NCBI GenBank assembly: GCA_964640055.1
Contig: CAZXFH010000014.1
Span: forward strand, 1,853 to 65,852
DNA from: an uncultured bacterium
GTDB lineage: Bacteria > Fidelibacterota > UBA2242 > JAFGTP01
Direction: 5' to 3'
DNA: 64,000 bases
In this document: positions 20,174-31,128 of the stretch, one piece after another
Numbering within the stretch: position 1 is the stretch's first letter
Layout of the letters: each line of letters starts with the position of its first letter
Notes under the pieces: generated by a model
The model's input: the letters and a program-made list of their open reading frames with translations, nothing else
Told to the model about the DNA's origin: nothing
Databases searched by the model: none
Translations under genes and position numbers: made by a program

Positions 20174-20635
20174 TTATGATCGGCTGTCGAATTCCGCGAT
20201 CAGCTGATATACCTCTTCCGGCGTGGAAGCATCGCGTAATTTTTGCCGGAAATCATCCTGGCGGCACATACGGGAGATGCGGGCCAGGACCTGAATATAT
20301 TTGCGGCGGGCTTCTTCCGGGGCGACAATTAGAAAGACGATATGTACCGGATTACCGTCGAGGGATTTGAAATCAAGGCCCTCTTTGATGATCGCGATCA
20401 CCATCAGGAGATCCTTGACCGCTTCGGTTCGGGCATGGGGAATAGCAACGCCTTCGATTACCCCGGTACTTTCCAGTTCTTCCCGTTTTTCAATTTCATG
20501 CAGGATCGGTTCCCGGGTCATAATTAACCCTTTACCCAGGGTCGTATCCACCATTTTCTTAAACAGTGTGCCCTTATCTTCCACGCTATCCAAGATAAGA
20601 ATTAAGTCCTGATCAATTATATTATCAAGCATCAT
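20174..20635 (-). CDS. ptsN: PTS EIIA type-2 (EIIA-Ntr / PtsN-like) domain protein
   Basis: 'GVAIPHARTEAVKDLLMVIAIIKEGLDFKSLDGNPVHIVFLIVAPEE' is the PTS_EIIA_2 core with the phosphorylatable His. The true start is likely the internal MML... Met. Confidence 0.6.
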   Translation of the reverse strand: MMLDNIIDQDLILILDSVEDKGTLFKKMVDTTLGKGLIMTREPILHEIEKREELESTGVIEGVAIPHARTEAVKDLLMVIAIIKEGLDFKSLDGNPVHIVFLIVAPEEARRKYIQVLARISRMCRQDDFRQKLRDASTPEEVYQLIAEFDSRS

Positions 20636-21072
20636 CTGCCTCCCTCTTTTTCGATAAGTACCGGACAAGGAATATGTTCGATCAGCTGGGTGATCATACG
20701 TTCGTATTTGCGATCGGCACCGCCGGACATTGCTTTTTTAAACCCGACGATCAACAGATCGACTTTCTTTGCTTTAACAAATTTTTTCAAGATATCAATC
20801 GGATCCCCTTCCTCAAGGAACAGGGCCGTCCGTACCTCATGATCCACAGCCATATCTTCCAGGTAATAGAGATATTTCCAGCCTTCTTCTTCGATATCAA
20901 CAGCTGTTTCATGTTCATTCATGTTCCGCATGCGGGCCACCTGGCGCACGGTCTCCTGATCAACAACATAGAGGGCCATTAACGTGGTGGAGAGGCCCTG
21001 ACTGATTTCGATGGCACGATCCCATGATTTTTTGGCTTCTCCGGAAACGATATACAACAGAATCCGTTGCAT
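20632..21072 (-). CDS. Universal stress protein (UspA family); start probably the internal Met (MQRILLY...)
   Basis: 'ALYVVDQE...VDLLIVGFKKAMSGGADRKYERMITQLIEHIPCPVLI' is the Usp ATP-binding fold. The ORF-track N-terminal extension overlaps atpD. Confidence 0.6.
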   Translation of the reverse strand: MQRILLYIVSGEAKKSWDRAIEISQGLSTTLMALYVVDQETVRQVARMRNMNEHETAVDIEEEGWKYLYYLEDMAVDHEVRTALFLEEGDPIDILKKFVKAKKVDLLIVGFKKAMSGGADRKYERMITQLIEHIPCPVLIEKEGGR

Positions 21073-21076
21073 GGTG

Positions 21077-21682
21077 TTATTCCTTTCTTGCTTGCAACCG
21101 TTTTCTCCGGAAAAATTCTTCACGTTCCTCTTCTTCCAGAAACTCCTCAATATATTTGATCTGTTGGTTATATCGAGGGATAAAAATATTTTCCAGAGCA
21201 TTGACCCGTTTTTGGGTCTTATTAATTTCATGCCCCAAGCGCCATAACAAAATTTCCTTTTCAGCCCATTTTACCAGGAGCTGTGCGACTTCCCTGAATT
21301 CTAATAAAGCCTGATCAAAATTTTCGTCGGTGGATTCCAAAGAAAAAGGGGCTTTTTCTCCGGGCGTGTCGGCCATTAGTTCGGGTATCGGTATTCCCAT
21401 CACCGAACGCATACGAGTATCAACTGATAGTTCCGCTGTGCGTCCGCAAAATTTGGAGATCTCGCGGCGACCGCAGGTGACAACTGCTTTTTCAATCGCA
21501 CGAAAGGCGGCATTTAATTTTTCTTCCACCTCATTTTCCAGATCCTTGAAATGACGCACATTATTCATTAATTCCATGATCATGACCTCTCTTTTCTCAT
21601 CCATCAGATCATGACCTTCCCGGGCAATCTGCAGCTGTTCTTTCAGTTGTAACAAATTACTGCGTGTCGGGGCAACCGCCAT
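21077..21682 (-). CDS. atpD: V/A-type ATP synthase subunit D
   Basis: 201 aa. 'MAVAPTRSNLLQLKEQLQIAREGHDLMDEKREVMIMEL' is the conserved V-ATPase D N-terminus. Confidence 0.85.
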   Translation of the reverse strand: MAVAPTRSNLLQLKEQLQIAREGHDLMDEKREVMIMELMNNVRHFKDLENEVEEKLNAAFRAIEKAVVTCGRREISKFCGRTAELSVDTRMRSVMGIPIPELMADTPGEKAPFSLESTDENFDQALLEFREVAQLLVKWAEKEILLWRLGHEINKTQKRVNALENIFIPRYNQQIKYIEEFLEEEEREEFFRRKRLQARKE

Positions 21683-23068
21683 TTAGGAACTCCAGTATTT
21701 ATCGATTTCCGCCGGGGAGACCCGGGATAATTCTGTTTCCGAAAGGTTACGTAATACCTTCCAACCAAGATCCAGGGTGGTGGTAATCTCGCGTGCTTCA
21801 TCTTGATTCTGTGCAATGAATTTTTTCTCGAAGTCATCGCCGAAGGCCAGATAACTGCGATCGGTTTCCGAGAGTTCATCTTCACCGATTATGGTTGCCA
21901 GGGAGCGTACCCGTTGAACCCGGGAATAGGATGCATATAACTGACTGTAGAGGTTGGAATGGTCTTCCCGGGTATGATCGGCCCCGATACCATCCTTCAT
22001 CAGTCGGGAAAGGGAGGTCAAAATATTCACGGGCGGATAGATATTTTTTTGATGCATATCCCGGGAAAGAACGATCTGTCCTTCAGTAATATAACCTGTC
22101 AGATCGGGAATAGGATGGGTAATATCGTCATTGGGCATGGTCAGAACAGGAATTTGCGTGATCGACCCTTCTCTGTCCTGAATCCGTCCGGTCCGTTCAT
22201 ACAATGAGGCCAGATCGCTGTACATATAACCGGGAAATCCTTTGCGGGAAGGAACTTCACCGCGGGCGGTGGCTACTTCCCGCAGGGCCTCACAATAGTT
22301 AGTCATATCGGTAAGAATCACCAGTACATGCCGGTTCTTGGTAAAAGCCAAATATTCCGCGGCGGTCAGGGCACAGCGCGGGGTTGTAATACGTTCCATG
22401 GAGGGACTGTCCGCCAGATTCAGAAAAGTGATCAGCCGGTTCAGGGCGCCGCCTTCTTCAAATTTACGCTGGAAAAACTCAGCATCATCAGCTTTGATCC
22501 CCATGGCCGCAAAAATGATATTAAAATCCTGTTCCTTGGCAATACGCGCCTGATTCACAATCTGGGCGGCCAGTTCGTTATGGGGCAGGCCTGATCCGGA
22601 AAAGATAGGCAATTTCTGGCCTCGTATCAGCGTCGCCACTCCGTCAATGGCTGAAACACCGGTAATAATATTATCATGGGGATAGGCGCGGGCATCGGGA
22701 TTGATGGGATAACCGTTAATGTTCAATTCCTCCTCGGCCACCAATTCACCACCTCCGTCAATCGGTCGCCCCATGCCATCAAAGGTCCGTCCCACGATCT
22801 CCGCGGAGACCGGAAGGGTCATGGATTTACCGGTAAATTGAATCTTTACCCGTTCACGATCCAAATCTGAAGTGCCTTCAAAAACCTGACAAATGGCCCG
22901 GTCCTGAGAAATATCCAGTACCCGGCCCACGCGCTGGATCCCATTCTGTTCAATCCGAACCAATTCATCAAAACCCACATCAGAGACCCCCTCCACGATC
23001 AGCAGCGGACCGCTGATATCCCGAGCACCGATTATTTTCTTATCATATACTTTACTCATACTCTTCAT
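21683..23068 (-). CDS. atpB: V/A-type ATP synthase subunit B
   Basis: 461 aa. Non-catalytic nucleotide-binding subunit motifs are present ([34 protein letters not shown]). Confidence 0.9.
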   Translation of the reverse strand: MKSMSKVYDKKIIGARDISGPLLIVEGVSDVGFDELVRIEQNGIQRVGRVLDISQDRAICQVFEGTSDLDRERVKIQFTGKSMTLPVSAEIVGRTFDGMGRPIDGGGELVAEEELNINGYPINPDARAYPHDNIITGVSAIDGVATLIRGQKLPIFSGSGLPHNELAAQIVNQARIAKEQDFNIIFAAMGIKADDAEFFQRKFEEGGALNRLITFLNLADSPSMERITTPRCALTAAEYLAFTKNRHVLVILTDMTNYCEALREVATARGEVPSRKGFPGYMYSDLASLYERTGRIQDREGSITQIPVLTMPNDDITHPIPDLTGYITEGQIVLSRDMHQKNIYPPVNILTSLSRLMKDGIGADHTREDHSNLYSQLYASYSRVQRVRSLATIIGEDELSETDRSYLAFGDDFEKKFIAQNQDEAREITTTLDLGWKVLRNLSETELSRVSPAEIDKYWSS

Positions 23069-24812
23069 CTAATTTGTCAAATTCCTGTTTTAATTCTTTT
23101 TCCACCTTATCCAATTTTTCCAGTTGATCGTTGGGTATCTGCATACCCATGCGTTTCAAATCCGAGAACACAGAAAGCTCAATCATTTTAAATAAAGGCA
23201 CGCCTTTATTCAGTAGCGCCTGGGACTGATCCTCAAAACTAAGAATTAATTGTAGCATACACTGCTGTTTTTCAGGACTGCAATAGGCATCTATCTCGGA
23301 AAGGGCATTCTGCTGCAGAAAGCCCTCTTTGATCAACTCGGCCACTTTCAAAGTCAATCTTTCTCTTTCCGGCAGGGCTTCCTCCCCCACCAGCTGCACG
23401 ATTTGTTGCAAATGGTTTTCCTGCTGCAAGATCTCCATGGCCCGGTTTCTGAGTTCTTTGCCGGGCAAGTCCTGCGCCTCCCACCAGTGCTGCACTTCAC
23501 TAAAGTATTCAGAATAGGAATCCGTCCAGGAAATAGCCGGATAATGGCGTTGGTTGGCCAAGGCTTTATCTAAGGCCCAGAAAACACGGATATAGCGCTT
23601 GGTATGCGCGGTTACCGGTTCGGAAAAATCACCACCGGGAGGCGATACGGCCCCGATTATGGATACGGATCCTTGGCGATCCTTAAATACCTGAGCCCGT
23701 CCGCCCCGTTCATAGAATTCAGCCAGGCGACTACCCAGATAGGCCGGATAACCTTCCTCAGCCGGCATCTCTTCCATCCGCCCGGATATTTCCCGTAAAG
23801 CCTCGGCCCAGCGTGAAGTGGAATCGGCCATCAAGGCCACATCATAGCCCATATCGCGAAAATATTCCGCCATGGTGATACCGGTATAGATCGAGGACTC
23901 ACGGGCAGTGACCGGCATATTGGAGGTATTAGCGATCAGAATGGTACGCTCCATCAGGGTCTTCCCGGAACGGGGATCCTTTAAGGTAGGGAACTCCTCT
24001 AAAACCTGGGCCATTTCATTGCCCCGTTCACCACAACCGATATAGATCACAATATCCGCATCAGCCCACTTGGCCAGTGAATGCTGGGTAACGGTTTTGC
24101 CGGTCCCGAAGCCACCCGGAATCGCCGCTACCCCACCTTTGGCAATCGGAAATATAAAATCGATCACCCGCTGACCGGTCAACAGGATCTCCTCTGGGGG
24201 AATGCGCTTACCGATTGGACGGCGCCGCCTTACCGGCCATTGGTGGAACAATTTCAACCGATACTTCTGATCTGCGTCATCTTTGATAATACATAGCGGA
24301 TCTTCAACTTGGTAGTCCGATTGAGTATTAATTTCGATCACTTTACCGCTAATCCCCGGCGGCACAATAATACGATGTCTGATCAAACTGGTTTCAGCTA
24401 CTTCACCGATGATCTGATTGGGTGTTACCTTTTGTCCGGCCTCCACTTTCAATTCCACTGCCCATTTTTTATCGCGGGGTAAGGGATCGGCTTTCTCTCC
24501 CTGTTTGATAAAAATTCCCTCTTGATCTTTGATCGTGGTTAGCGGTCGCTGTATCCCGTCAAAGGTCTGACTGATCAATCCGGGACCCAGTTCAACCGAT
24601 AAAGGGTTACCGGTACCCTCTACAGAGATGCCGGGTTCCAGACCACTGGTATCTTCATAAACCTGAATGACCGCCCTATCGCCCCGCATTTCGATAATTT
24701 CACCGACCAGTCCGGCTGCACCGATGCGCACCTCTTCATTCATGGAAATACCGGAGATATTTTTAACAACAACAAGCGGACCGGCGACTCTATAGATAAC
24801 CCCTTTACCCAT
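23052..24812 (-). CDS. atpA: V/A-type ATP synthase catalytic subunit A
   Basis: 586 aa. It has the P-loop GGFGTGKT and a non-homologous insert region, with typical A-subunit length. Confidence 0.9.
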   Translation of the reverse strand: MGKGVIYRVAGPLVVVKNISGISMNEEVRIGAAGLVGEIIEMRGDRAVIQVYEDTSGLEPGISVEGTGNPLSVELGPGLISQTFDGIQRPLTTIKDQEGIFIKQGEKADPLPRDKKWAVELKVEAGQKVTPNQIIGEVAETSLIRHRIIVPPGISGKVIEINTQSDYQVEDPLCIIKDDADQKYRLKLFHQWPVRRRRPIGKRIPPEEILLTGQRVIDFIFPIAKGGVAAIPGGFGTGKTVTQHSLAKWADADIVIYIGCGERGNEMAQVLEEFPTLKDPRSGKTLMERTILIANTSNMPVTARESSIYTGITMAEYFRDMGYDVALMADSTSRWAEALREISGRMEEMPAEEGYPAYLGSRLAEFYERGGRAQVFKDRQGSVSIIGAVSPPGGDFSEPVTAHTKRYIRVFWALDKALANQRHYPAISWTDSYSEYFSEVQHWWEAQDLPGKELRNRAMEILQQENHLQQIVQLVGEEALPERERLTLKVAELIKEGFLQQNALSEIDAYCSPEKQQCMLQLILSFEDQSQALLNKGVPLFKMIELSVFSDLKRMGMQIPNDQLEKLDKVEKELKQEFDKLDEEYE

Positions 24813-25395
24813 GGTCTACCCCTCTCAGATTCAAAGCCGCAAAAATGTGGTTTTTTTCTCTGACGAGCATATTTCTGGTCAGCACTGCAAAGCGAAAATC
24901 ATATTCAATACGCTGGTGACGTAAAATGAATCCGGGATCTTTCAGTCCGGATTTTACGGTCACTTTTTTTTGTGCCTGTAAAATTTTCTGATATTGTGGC
25001 TTATCCTTTTGCCGACATATCAGGGTGAAGTCATGCTGCTCCGACGATAAAATTTGTTTACATTGTTTCCTGATCCAAGCTGTCATTTCTCCCTGGTTGA
25101 ACAAATGCACCAGCTGAGCGATTACATCCCGGGAAAACCGGGTGAAAATGTCTTCACGCAGGGCTAATAATTTTTTCTTCTGGCTGATCTGCTGTTCATA
25201 CGCTACCCGGTCTTTTTGCCGCTTAAACCAGGATTTAGCCTCCTGCTCAGCGCTGGAGTTGATCCTTTCGGCCTTCTCTTTTGCGCTATTGACCAGGCGT
25301 TGTTTGGCTTTTTTTGCCCGACTGACAATATGATCAGCCTTGTCCTGGGCCCGCTCAATAATCTTATTTTCTAAATCTGCTAAATCTTTCTTCAT
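24805..25395 (-). CDS. atpE: V/A-type ATP synthase subunit E
   Basis: 196 aa. It has a K/E/Q-rich coiled-coil N-terminus and a globular C-terminus, positioned between F and A. Confidence 0.6.
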   Translation of the reverse strand: MKKDLADLENKIIERAQDKADHIVSRAKKAKQRLVNSAKEKAERINSSAEQEAKSWFKRQKDRVAYEQQISQKKKLLALREDIFTRFSRDVIAQLVHLFNQGEMTAWIRKQCKQILSSEQHDFTLICRQKDKPQYQKILQAQKKVTVKSGLKDPGFILRHQRIEYDFRFAVLTRNMLVREKNHIFAALNLRGVDHG

Positions 25396-25694
25396 ATTTT
25401 AATCGATAATACCCGGTTAATTAAATTCAATACTTTGCCTTTTTCCTGCCAGCCCTGCCGGTCGGGAATCTCAACCACCAAAGGCAGTTTGCCCGTCATC
25501 TTCTGCTTTTCAACCGCTTCCCGGATAAGTCCGGCCTGCCTTTCATTGATAAATAGCAAGGCCAGATTATCATCGGCCAGAGATTCCTGAAACCACCGGG
25601 TAACCGCTTTCTTTTCCTCTGCGATGACCGTATCAATACCTGCCAGTTCAAATCCCAAACAGGTACACCAGTCACCGATCAATTTAATTTTCAT
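25392..25694 (-). CDS. atpF: V/A-type ATP synthase subunit F
   Basis: 100 aa. 'MKIKLIGDWCTCLGFELAGIDTVIAEE' matches the subunit F family. Confidence 0.7.
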   Translation of the reverse strand: MKIKLIGDWCTCLGFELAGIDTVIAEEKKAVTRWFQESLADDNLALLFINERQAGLIREAVEKQKMTGKLPLVVEIPDRQGWQEKGKVLNLINRVLSIKI

Positions 25695-25768
25695 AGGGTG
25701 ATCTTTTGTAACATTGTCCCCTGATATCAGTTAACATAAAAATGTGATAAAGATATAAAATAGACGAT

Positions 25769-26149
25769 TTATACTTTACCCAGAATTAATACGGCGACAA
25801 TGAGTCCCCAGATAGACAATCCTTCGGCCAATCCGGCGAAAACAATCGCCCGGCCCATGACCTCCGGTTTCTCGGAAATAGCCGCTACCGCAGCGGAACC
25901 GATCTTGGAGAGTGAAAAACCAGCACCCAGTACCGAGAGCCCGACGGTAAGGCCGGCAGCGATATAGGCAAGACCGGGAGCATTGTTAGACGTCTGCGTG
26001 GCTGAACCGGTTTGGACTTGTTCCTGAGCAGTCAAATGGGATGGTATCAGGACAATTACGGCTCCTATAACAATAAAAACCACGGCCAATAGGATCAGAC
26101 TGAGATTGATCCATTTGAATTTTTCAAATTTTGTGTCGATCATTTGCAT
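25769..26149 (-). CDS. atpK: V/A-type ATP synthase proteolipid subunit K (single hairpin with N-terminal TM extension)
   Basis: 126 aa. The C-terminal 75 aa form a c-subunit hairpin with a conserved carboxylate (AGLAEGLSIWG). Confidence 0.75.
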   Translation of the reverse strand: MQMIDTKFEKFKWINLSLILLAVVFIVIGAVIVLIPSHLTAQEQVQTGSATQTSNNAPGLAYIAAGLTVGLSVLGAGFSLSKIGSAAVAAISEKPEVMGRAIVFAGLAEGLSIWGLIVAVLILGKV

Positions 26150-26158
26150 ATATACCTC

Positions 26159-28078
26159 CTAAATTAAGCGTGCGGGTTTATAGAGCGTTGCTCCCCGTTT
26201 GAAAAAACGGGAATAAAATTCATAATATTCCAAACGCAGGGATTGAATAAAAACAATCAGCGTTTCCAAAACAACAATAAACAAATGCCCCAGAATGAGG
26301 GTGCTGATTTTACCACCGGGCACGACACTACCCAACATACGGGCAATTTGGATAACCGAAAGAGCTAGAATGACATGGGCAATGTTAAAAGCGGCGACAC
26401 GGATAAAAGAAAGGGTGTTGGACACCACCACCAGAGAGAGATGGAAAAGGTCTACCAAGGAATCCATCAGATGGTCGGATCTAAAATTCTTTTGCAAGAT
26501 TGTCTGGAAGGTCTTGCCAAAACCAATCGTAAAGATAGCCAATAACAATATAATGGCTGCTGTGGTTGTGATATAGGCGGGTTGATTATAAACCACCGAG
26601 AGCAGTAAAGTTACCAGAGCCCCATAGAAGCACAATCCCGGTATCCCTTCACCCGAAAGCCATAAACTCTCTTTATTTTTTAGCAGGGCATCTGCTACTA
26701 TATGCAGTACAAATCCGAATCCCACGATCCCGATACCAAAATAAGCAGCCAGGATCATGGCACGCTGAGTATTATCAAAGGGACCAAACCAGAACGGGTG
26801 GAAAAGATGAGTTCCAAAAACCTCGCCGAAAAGCGCGCCGAACAGAATTGATGACACCCCCATGGTTGTTAAAAAATAGGCGAAATGGCGTGCTAATTTA
26901 AAAACATAAAATCCCAAGCCGGCCAGGGCCAGGAGTAATCCATATCCCATGTCCCCAAACATAATACCAAACATCAGTAAAAAGGTTACCATAGTGGGGA
27001 TAGTGGGATCAATACCCCGATAAGACGGTACCCCATAAGTGGTCACCAGCTTTTCAAAGGGACGGATAAATTTAGGATTGTGCAATTTAACCGGCACTTT
27101 TTCCGCGCTAGGACTACTGCGGTTAATTTGATCTTCCCTGAGAATATAGAGCGCATGCTCTTTCTCTCGCTTTTTAAATTCCGCAACCCTGTCTTCTGGT
27201 AAATAGGCTTCAATAAAATAGACGCTGTCACTTTTGCCCATTTTATTTATCCATTCCAATTCGATCAAGGCGGAATTAACCTTTTCCCGGTGAGTAATAA
27301 GAGGGATACGGAAATCAGTACTCATCCGATTGATTGAAGCCTGTATTTCCGTTCGTTCCTCTTTAATTTCCCAGAAATATATTTCGATAGCCTCTTTCAT
27401 TTGATCGATGGGATCGGTCAGCTGATTGAACCGGTCCATGGCCTTAAAACGGATCCGTTTCAGGGCTTTCTCTGCCGGGTCATGCTGGTCTTGGGGATAG
27501 AACAGAATCACCGGCACACGTTTTTCAATAGCGGGACGTTGGAAAGCGATTATATCGGTAGTTTCCAACAAATGGTCAAGGGCTTCAGTTTCCGCCGCAG
27601 GAATTGAGCCCCCCACCATATTAAAATATTCACCTTCCCGTAACTGATTGATCCGGATCTCATAATCCGGGAATATGGAGAGCAACTCCAGAACGAAATT
27701 AATTTCTTTTTCTTCTTTTTTAAGCCTTTTCAGGCGCTTTTGATTATCCCCCAGGCGACGTCGTAATTTATCCAGAAAGCGGGCTGTATCCAGGGCAACC
27801 GCCTCCGGTACAATCGGACCAGCTGAATTTTTAGGGTGGTAGATATTGAATTGGGCGATGATATTGTCCAGCGTTTTTAACTGCTCCTTTAAGTGCTGAT
27901 CAATCAGGCCTAAATCCGGTTTAGATAAATCCTCACCCTTTAATTCAACCAGGTGGAATTGACCCGAGCGTCCCAGAAAGAGGAGGGTTTCGCTAAGATC
28001 ATCTTCCGCTGTGGCCAGCAGAAAATGGATCATTGTCTGCGGAACCCACATATTAAGTCCCTCCCAGGATCTTGTCAA
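26159..28078 (-). CDS. atpI: V/A-type ATP synthase subunit I (a-subunit, membrane stator)
   Basis: 639 aa. It has a soluble N-terminal half followed by a multi-helix membrane domain with conserved Arg (SFIRVAAFNIAHV). Confidence 0.85.
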   Translation of the reverse strand: MTRSWEGLNMWVPQTMIHFLLATAEDDLSETLLFLGRSGQFHLVELKGEDLSKPDLGLIDQHLKEQLKTLDNIIAQFNIYHPKNSAGPIVPEAVALDTARFLDKLRRRLGDNQKRLKRLKKEEKEINFVLELLSIFPDYEIRINQLREGEYFNMVGGSIPAAETEALDHLLETTDIIAFQRPAIEKRVPVILFYPQDQHDPAEKALKRIRFKAMDRFNQLTDPIDQMKEAIEIYFWEIKEERTEIQASINRMSTDFRIPLITHREKVNSALIELEWINKMGKSDSVYFIEAYLPEDRVAEFKKREKEHALYILREDQINRSSPSAEKVPVKLHNPKFIRPFEKLVTTYGVPSYRGIDPTIPTMVTFLLMFGIMFGDMGYGLLLALAGLGFYVFKLARHFAYFLTTMGVSSILFGALFGEVFGTHLFHPFWFGPFDNTQRAMILAAYFGIGIVGFGFVLHIVADALLKNKESLWLSGEGIPGLCFYGALVTLLLSVVYNQPAYITTTAAIILLLAIFTIGFGKTFQTILQKNFRSDHLMDSLVDLFHLSLVVVSNTLSFIRVAAFNIAHVILALSVIQIARMLGSVVPGGKISTLILGHLFIVVLETLIVFIQSLRLEYYEFYSRFFKRGATLYKPARLI

Positions 28079-28919
28079 TTCTTGCTTCCTGAAAATTCAA
28101 TACTTTGCCATAATAAACAGAAAGCAACTCTTTGATCCGCAGCTGAAAGTAAACGGAAAAGGCCAGGATAGCTGTCAGGGATAATACATTCATTTTGAAT
28201 TGCCAGTAGCAAAACTTGCCCAGGGCCGAGCGATATTTCTGATCGGTAAGCCCCTCAGCGGTATCGATATTATGGAACACATCACCTACGTCTATTAAGA
28301 GGCGTTTGATATGATAGGGTTCCATTTCATAATAATGGGTCAGGCGGTGAAACCAGAGACGGTTTTTTAAATCTATCCAGTGGTTTAAAAAGTGTTGTGT
28401 TTCCTGGCGGGTCCCTAAAAAAAGCAGATTGGAACAGAAAACCATATGCTGATAATAAAATTGGTCGAGGACTGCTTCAATATCAAAAATATTGTGGGTG
28501 TCCTGATAACGGGCATAGGCTTTCTGCCAGGCTTCTGACCAGGGGCTGTCGCTTAAGGTCTCCTCAACTTTCTGTATATCAGGGGGCGCTTCTACCAGAA
28601 AAAGCAAATAACTGCCTTGGCGTCCATGCAGAGCCGCTTTAATGTCTTCCAATTCATAAAAACGGCAATAGGCCCGGTAGAAATCAGCTCCCCGGCCGGA
28701 CAGATAGCCCAGCACCATGTTACTTAACCGATAAGGAAGCTGCAATAAATAATCCTCAACCGCACTGTTTTGCATGGGGAACCGCTGACAGATCGGCAAC
28801 TCCTTTAAGCGTTTCTCAAAGGCTTTGATATCGCTGGTCTGTTTCAGTTTTTTAAGTTCCGATGTATCCGGCAGAAAAGAATTAATGGCTCTTAGACGGG
28901 TGTAAATGGATGCATACAT
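28053..28919 (-). CDS. atpC: V/A-type ATP synthase subunit C (d-subunit homologue)
   Basis: 288 aa alpha-helical protein between the small coiled-coil gene and subunit I. Assignment is by position and size. Confidence 0.5.
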   Translation of the reverse strand: MYASIYTRLRAINSFLPDTSELKKLKQTSDIKAFEKRLKELPICQRFPMQNSAVEDYLLQLPYRLSNMVLGYLSGRGADFYRAYCRFYELEDIKAALHGRQGSYLLFLVEAPPDIQKVEETLSDSPWSEAWQKAYARYQDTHNIFDIEAVLDQFYYQHMVFCSNLLFLGTRQETQHFLNHWIDLKNRLWFHRLTHYYEMEPYHIKRLLIDVGDVFHNIDTAEGLTDQKYRSALGKFCYWQFKMNVLSLTAILAFSVYFQLRIKELLSVYYGKVLNFQEARIDKILGGT

Positions 28920-29267
28920 TTATTGAGCCAACAACTTGTTTATGATATCATCAATTAGTTTTTCTTTATCCGCTTTGTATTGCTGCTCAATTTTTGCTCT
29001 GGATTGCTGAAAATGTTGCTCAACCGCTTGACTTTTTTGTGTTTCGAATTCCTTTAATTTTTTATGATACCTGTCTACAACGGTGCGGGCTTTCTCTTTG
29101 GCTTGGTCAATAATGTGTTGCTGCTCTTCTTCAGCAGATTTTTTTATCTTATCGGCTTCCGCCTCGGCCTCCTTTACAATTTTCTGGGCTCGTTTCTCGA
29201 CGGATAGTATCTGTTCAATCTCTTCATTCATGATTCTCATGCTTCCTTCTGTAGCCTTTGATCTCAA
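28920..29267 (-). CDS. V/A-type ATP synthase small peripheral-stalk subunit (G/H-like coiled coil)
   Basis: 115 aa, E/K/Q-rich coiled coil. It is the first gene of the operon. Confidence 0.45.
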   Translation of the reverse strand: MRSKATEGSMRIMNEEIEQILSVEKRAQKIVKEAEAEADKIKKSAEEEQQHIIDQAKEKARTVVDRYHKKLKEFETQKSQAVEQHFQQSRAKIEQQYKADKEKLIDDIINKLLAQ

Positions 29268-29812
29268 CTACAGCGATATAAATAATTCCTATAAAAACCA
29301 ATACTCTTACCAGTATCAGAAATCCCAGTAATATTTTAGACATTAAATCCACTTTGAAAAGTAAAATAATATGCAAACAAATTCAAGAAGTTAAATTACA
29401 ATCGCTTAGACTGAGAATATCAATCCCACATATACAGTGTTTAATCAATGATTAATACCCACTCTAAACAAGAAGAAACCAAATATTATAATATAATAAA
29501 CAGACCGCCCGGGGGAAATATTGAACTTTTACCGGTATATTTTGCACCCATCATCTGTTGAAATCGACTGTTATTTCAGGTTGGCATTATCCTGACCAAA
29601 GCCTGAAGGAGCCCCTTTCCTGGGGTATTATACCATGATAATAGACTATATTTAGGGATATATTTTAATAATCAGATTAAATAGTGAACAGTCGCAACCG
29701 GTTCTCAACTCCCCGGGTTACCCTTTTCGGGTGGTCGGATTAGCAGCTTTCAAGAGCGTGGAAATTTACCGAGACCTGAGGAATTGCCGATCCTATTGAG
29801 GAAAAGATTAGT

Positions 29813-30736
29813 TCAAGGCTTTTCAGGAACTGTCCATCCGTAGTCAACATATTGCCAGTCAAAACCATCCGGGTTAACGTCAACCACTACAACCCCTTCC
29901 TGAAACCCTTCATGGGGACCTGTCCACCAAGCGCCACTGACCGCACCCCCTGTAATAAAGTGAACATCCCGGTAAATAATTTCTTCCACAATATGTAAAT
30001 GTCCCTGGAGCACTAACTTCAGATTATAATCATTGAGAATATCAAGCACAGCCTTAGAATTCGTGACCACCATTCCCCGGGATAGAGCCGCTGTGCCACC
30101 ATGCCGCATTTGCTCAACCACAGAGACCAAGGGGATGTGCAGGGCAACCACAATGGGTTTATCAGGCGGTAGACTCTGCAAATCACGCTGCAACCAGACT
30201 ATCTGAGTGGAATCAACATATCCGTAATAGCGACGCTCCGGTGAAAAACCGATCGCATCCAGCACGATAAAATGCCATCCTTTATGGTCAAAGGAATAAT
30301 AGGTCTGGGAGCGCTGCCCACGGTTTTTATACATACGTTTCCCATATTCCGGATGGTCAGGGTTAATACCACTATCAGTATAAAGTCCAAAGACTTCATG
30401 GTTACCCAGAGTATTATAGACCGGCATATCAAAGTTAGCACAGAGACTATCATAAAGCGCATACAGGGAATCAGCCCGACCATAGGCCTGCCCGAGAGCG
30501 TCCATGATCAAATCACCACCGGTAATAACAAAATCGGGGGCCAGCTTATTCACCCGCGTAATGGCTTTTTTAAACCCATCAGGAGCCGCTCTTTCCGGCT
30601 GAAGGTGAATATCGGTCATAAAGATAAAGCGAAAAGAATCTGCCTGTTCCCCGCATGCCAACAAGAATAAGAAGACCAGCAACAAAATTCCCCAGATTCG
30701 TCGGTTAATACAGGCTAATGAATTGCTTGCTTTCAT
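29813..30736 (-). CDS. Secreted calcineurin-like metallophosphoesterase
   Basis: 307 aa. A signal peptide precedes the metallophosphatase motifs DIH (MTDIH), GDLIMD, GNHE and GHLH. Confidence 0.75.
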   Translation of the reverse strand: MKASNSLACINRRIWGILLLVFLFLLACGEQADSFRFIFMTDIHLQPERAAPDGFKKAITRVNKLAPDFVITGGDLIMDALGQAYGRADSLYALYDSLCANFDMPVYNTLGNHEVFGLYTDSGINPDHPEYGKRMYKNRGQRSQTYYSFDHKGWHFIVLDAIGFSPERRYYGYVDSTQIVWLQRDLQSLPPDKPIVVALHIPLVSVVEQMRHGGTAALSRGMVVTNSKAVLDILNDYNLKLVLQGHLHIVEEIIYRDVHFITGGAVSGAWWTGPHEGFQEGVVVVDVNPDGFDWQYVDYGWTVPEKP

Positions 30737-31128
30737 ATTAATCCTTTCTTATAATTGCATAACACCTTCATAAAATAACACAGATTAATCTCAGAAGAAA
30801 TTATAATTATTTTTGTCATTATAAAGGAAAACCGTTAACACCGTGAGGTTTATTGCGATATGTTTTTTTCGCCAACTGAAATTGGGGTTAATCAATCATC
30901 AGTAAATATCATAATTATAGACAGTGGAAAAATCGGTCCTTCGGGTCCCCTATCAGAGGGAGTTTATTATTAATCCCTTGCATTGATAATTGTTGACAGC
31001 CGATAAGTTAGTCCTGCGGCTTAGTGTTGTATGAGTCGGATCGTTTAGTGCTCAGATAGTACTATTCTTTATTTAACCATCTAAAGATAGTTGCGAATTA
31101 AAATCGAATTGTCGTCCCATATGACCCC

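Noticed and set aside
20632-21231. Long N-terminal extension of the Usp ORF (199 aa as called)
   Set aside because: The first 53 codons overlap atpD and do not look like a Usp. The internal Met (MQRILLY...) gives a typical approximately 146-aa Usp, so the shorter model is preferred.
29268-29812. 540-bp AT-rich leader upstream of the ATPase operon as a possible sRNA/riboswitch
   Set aside because: It contains only short hairpins (e.g. CCCC-TTTCCT-GGGG) and no recognisable conserved RNA motif. It is most simply promoter/UTR.
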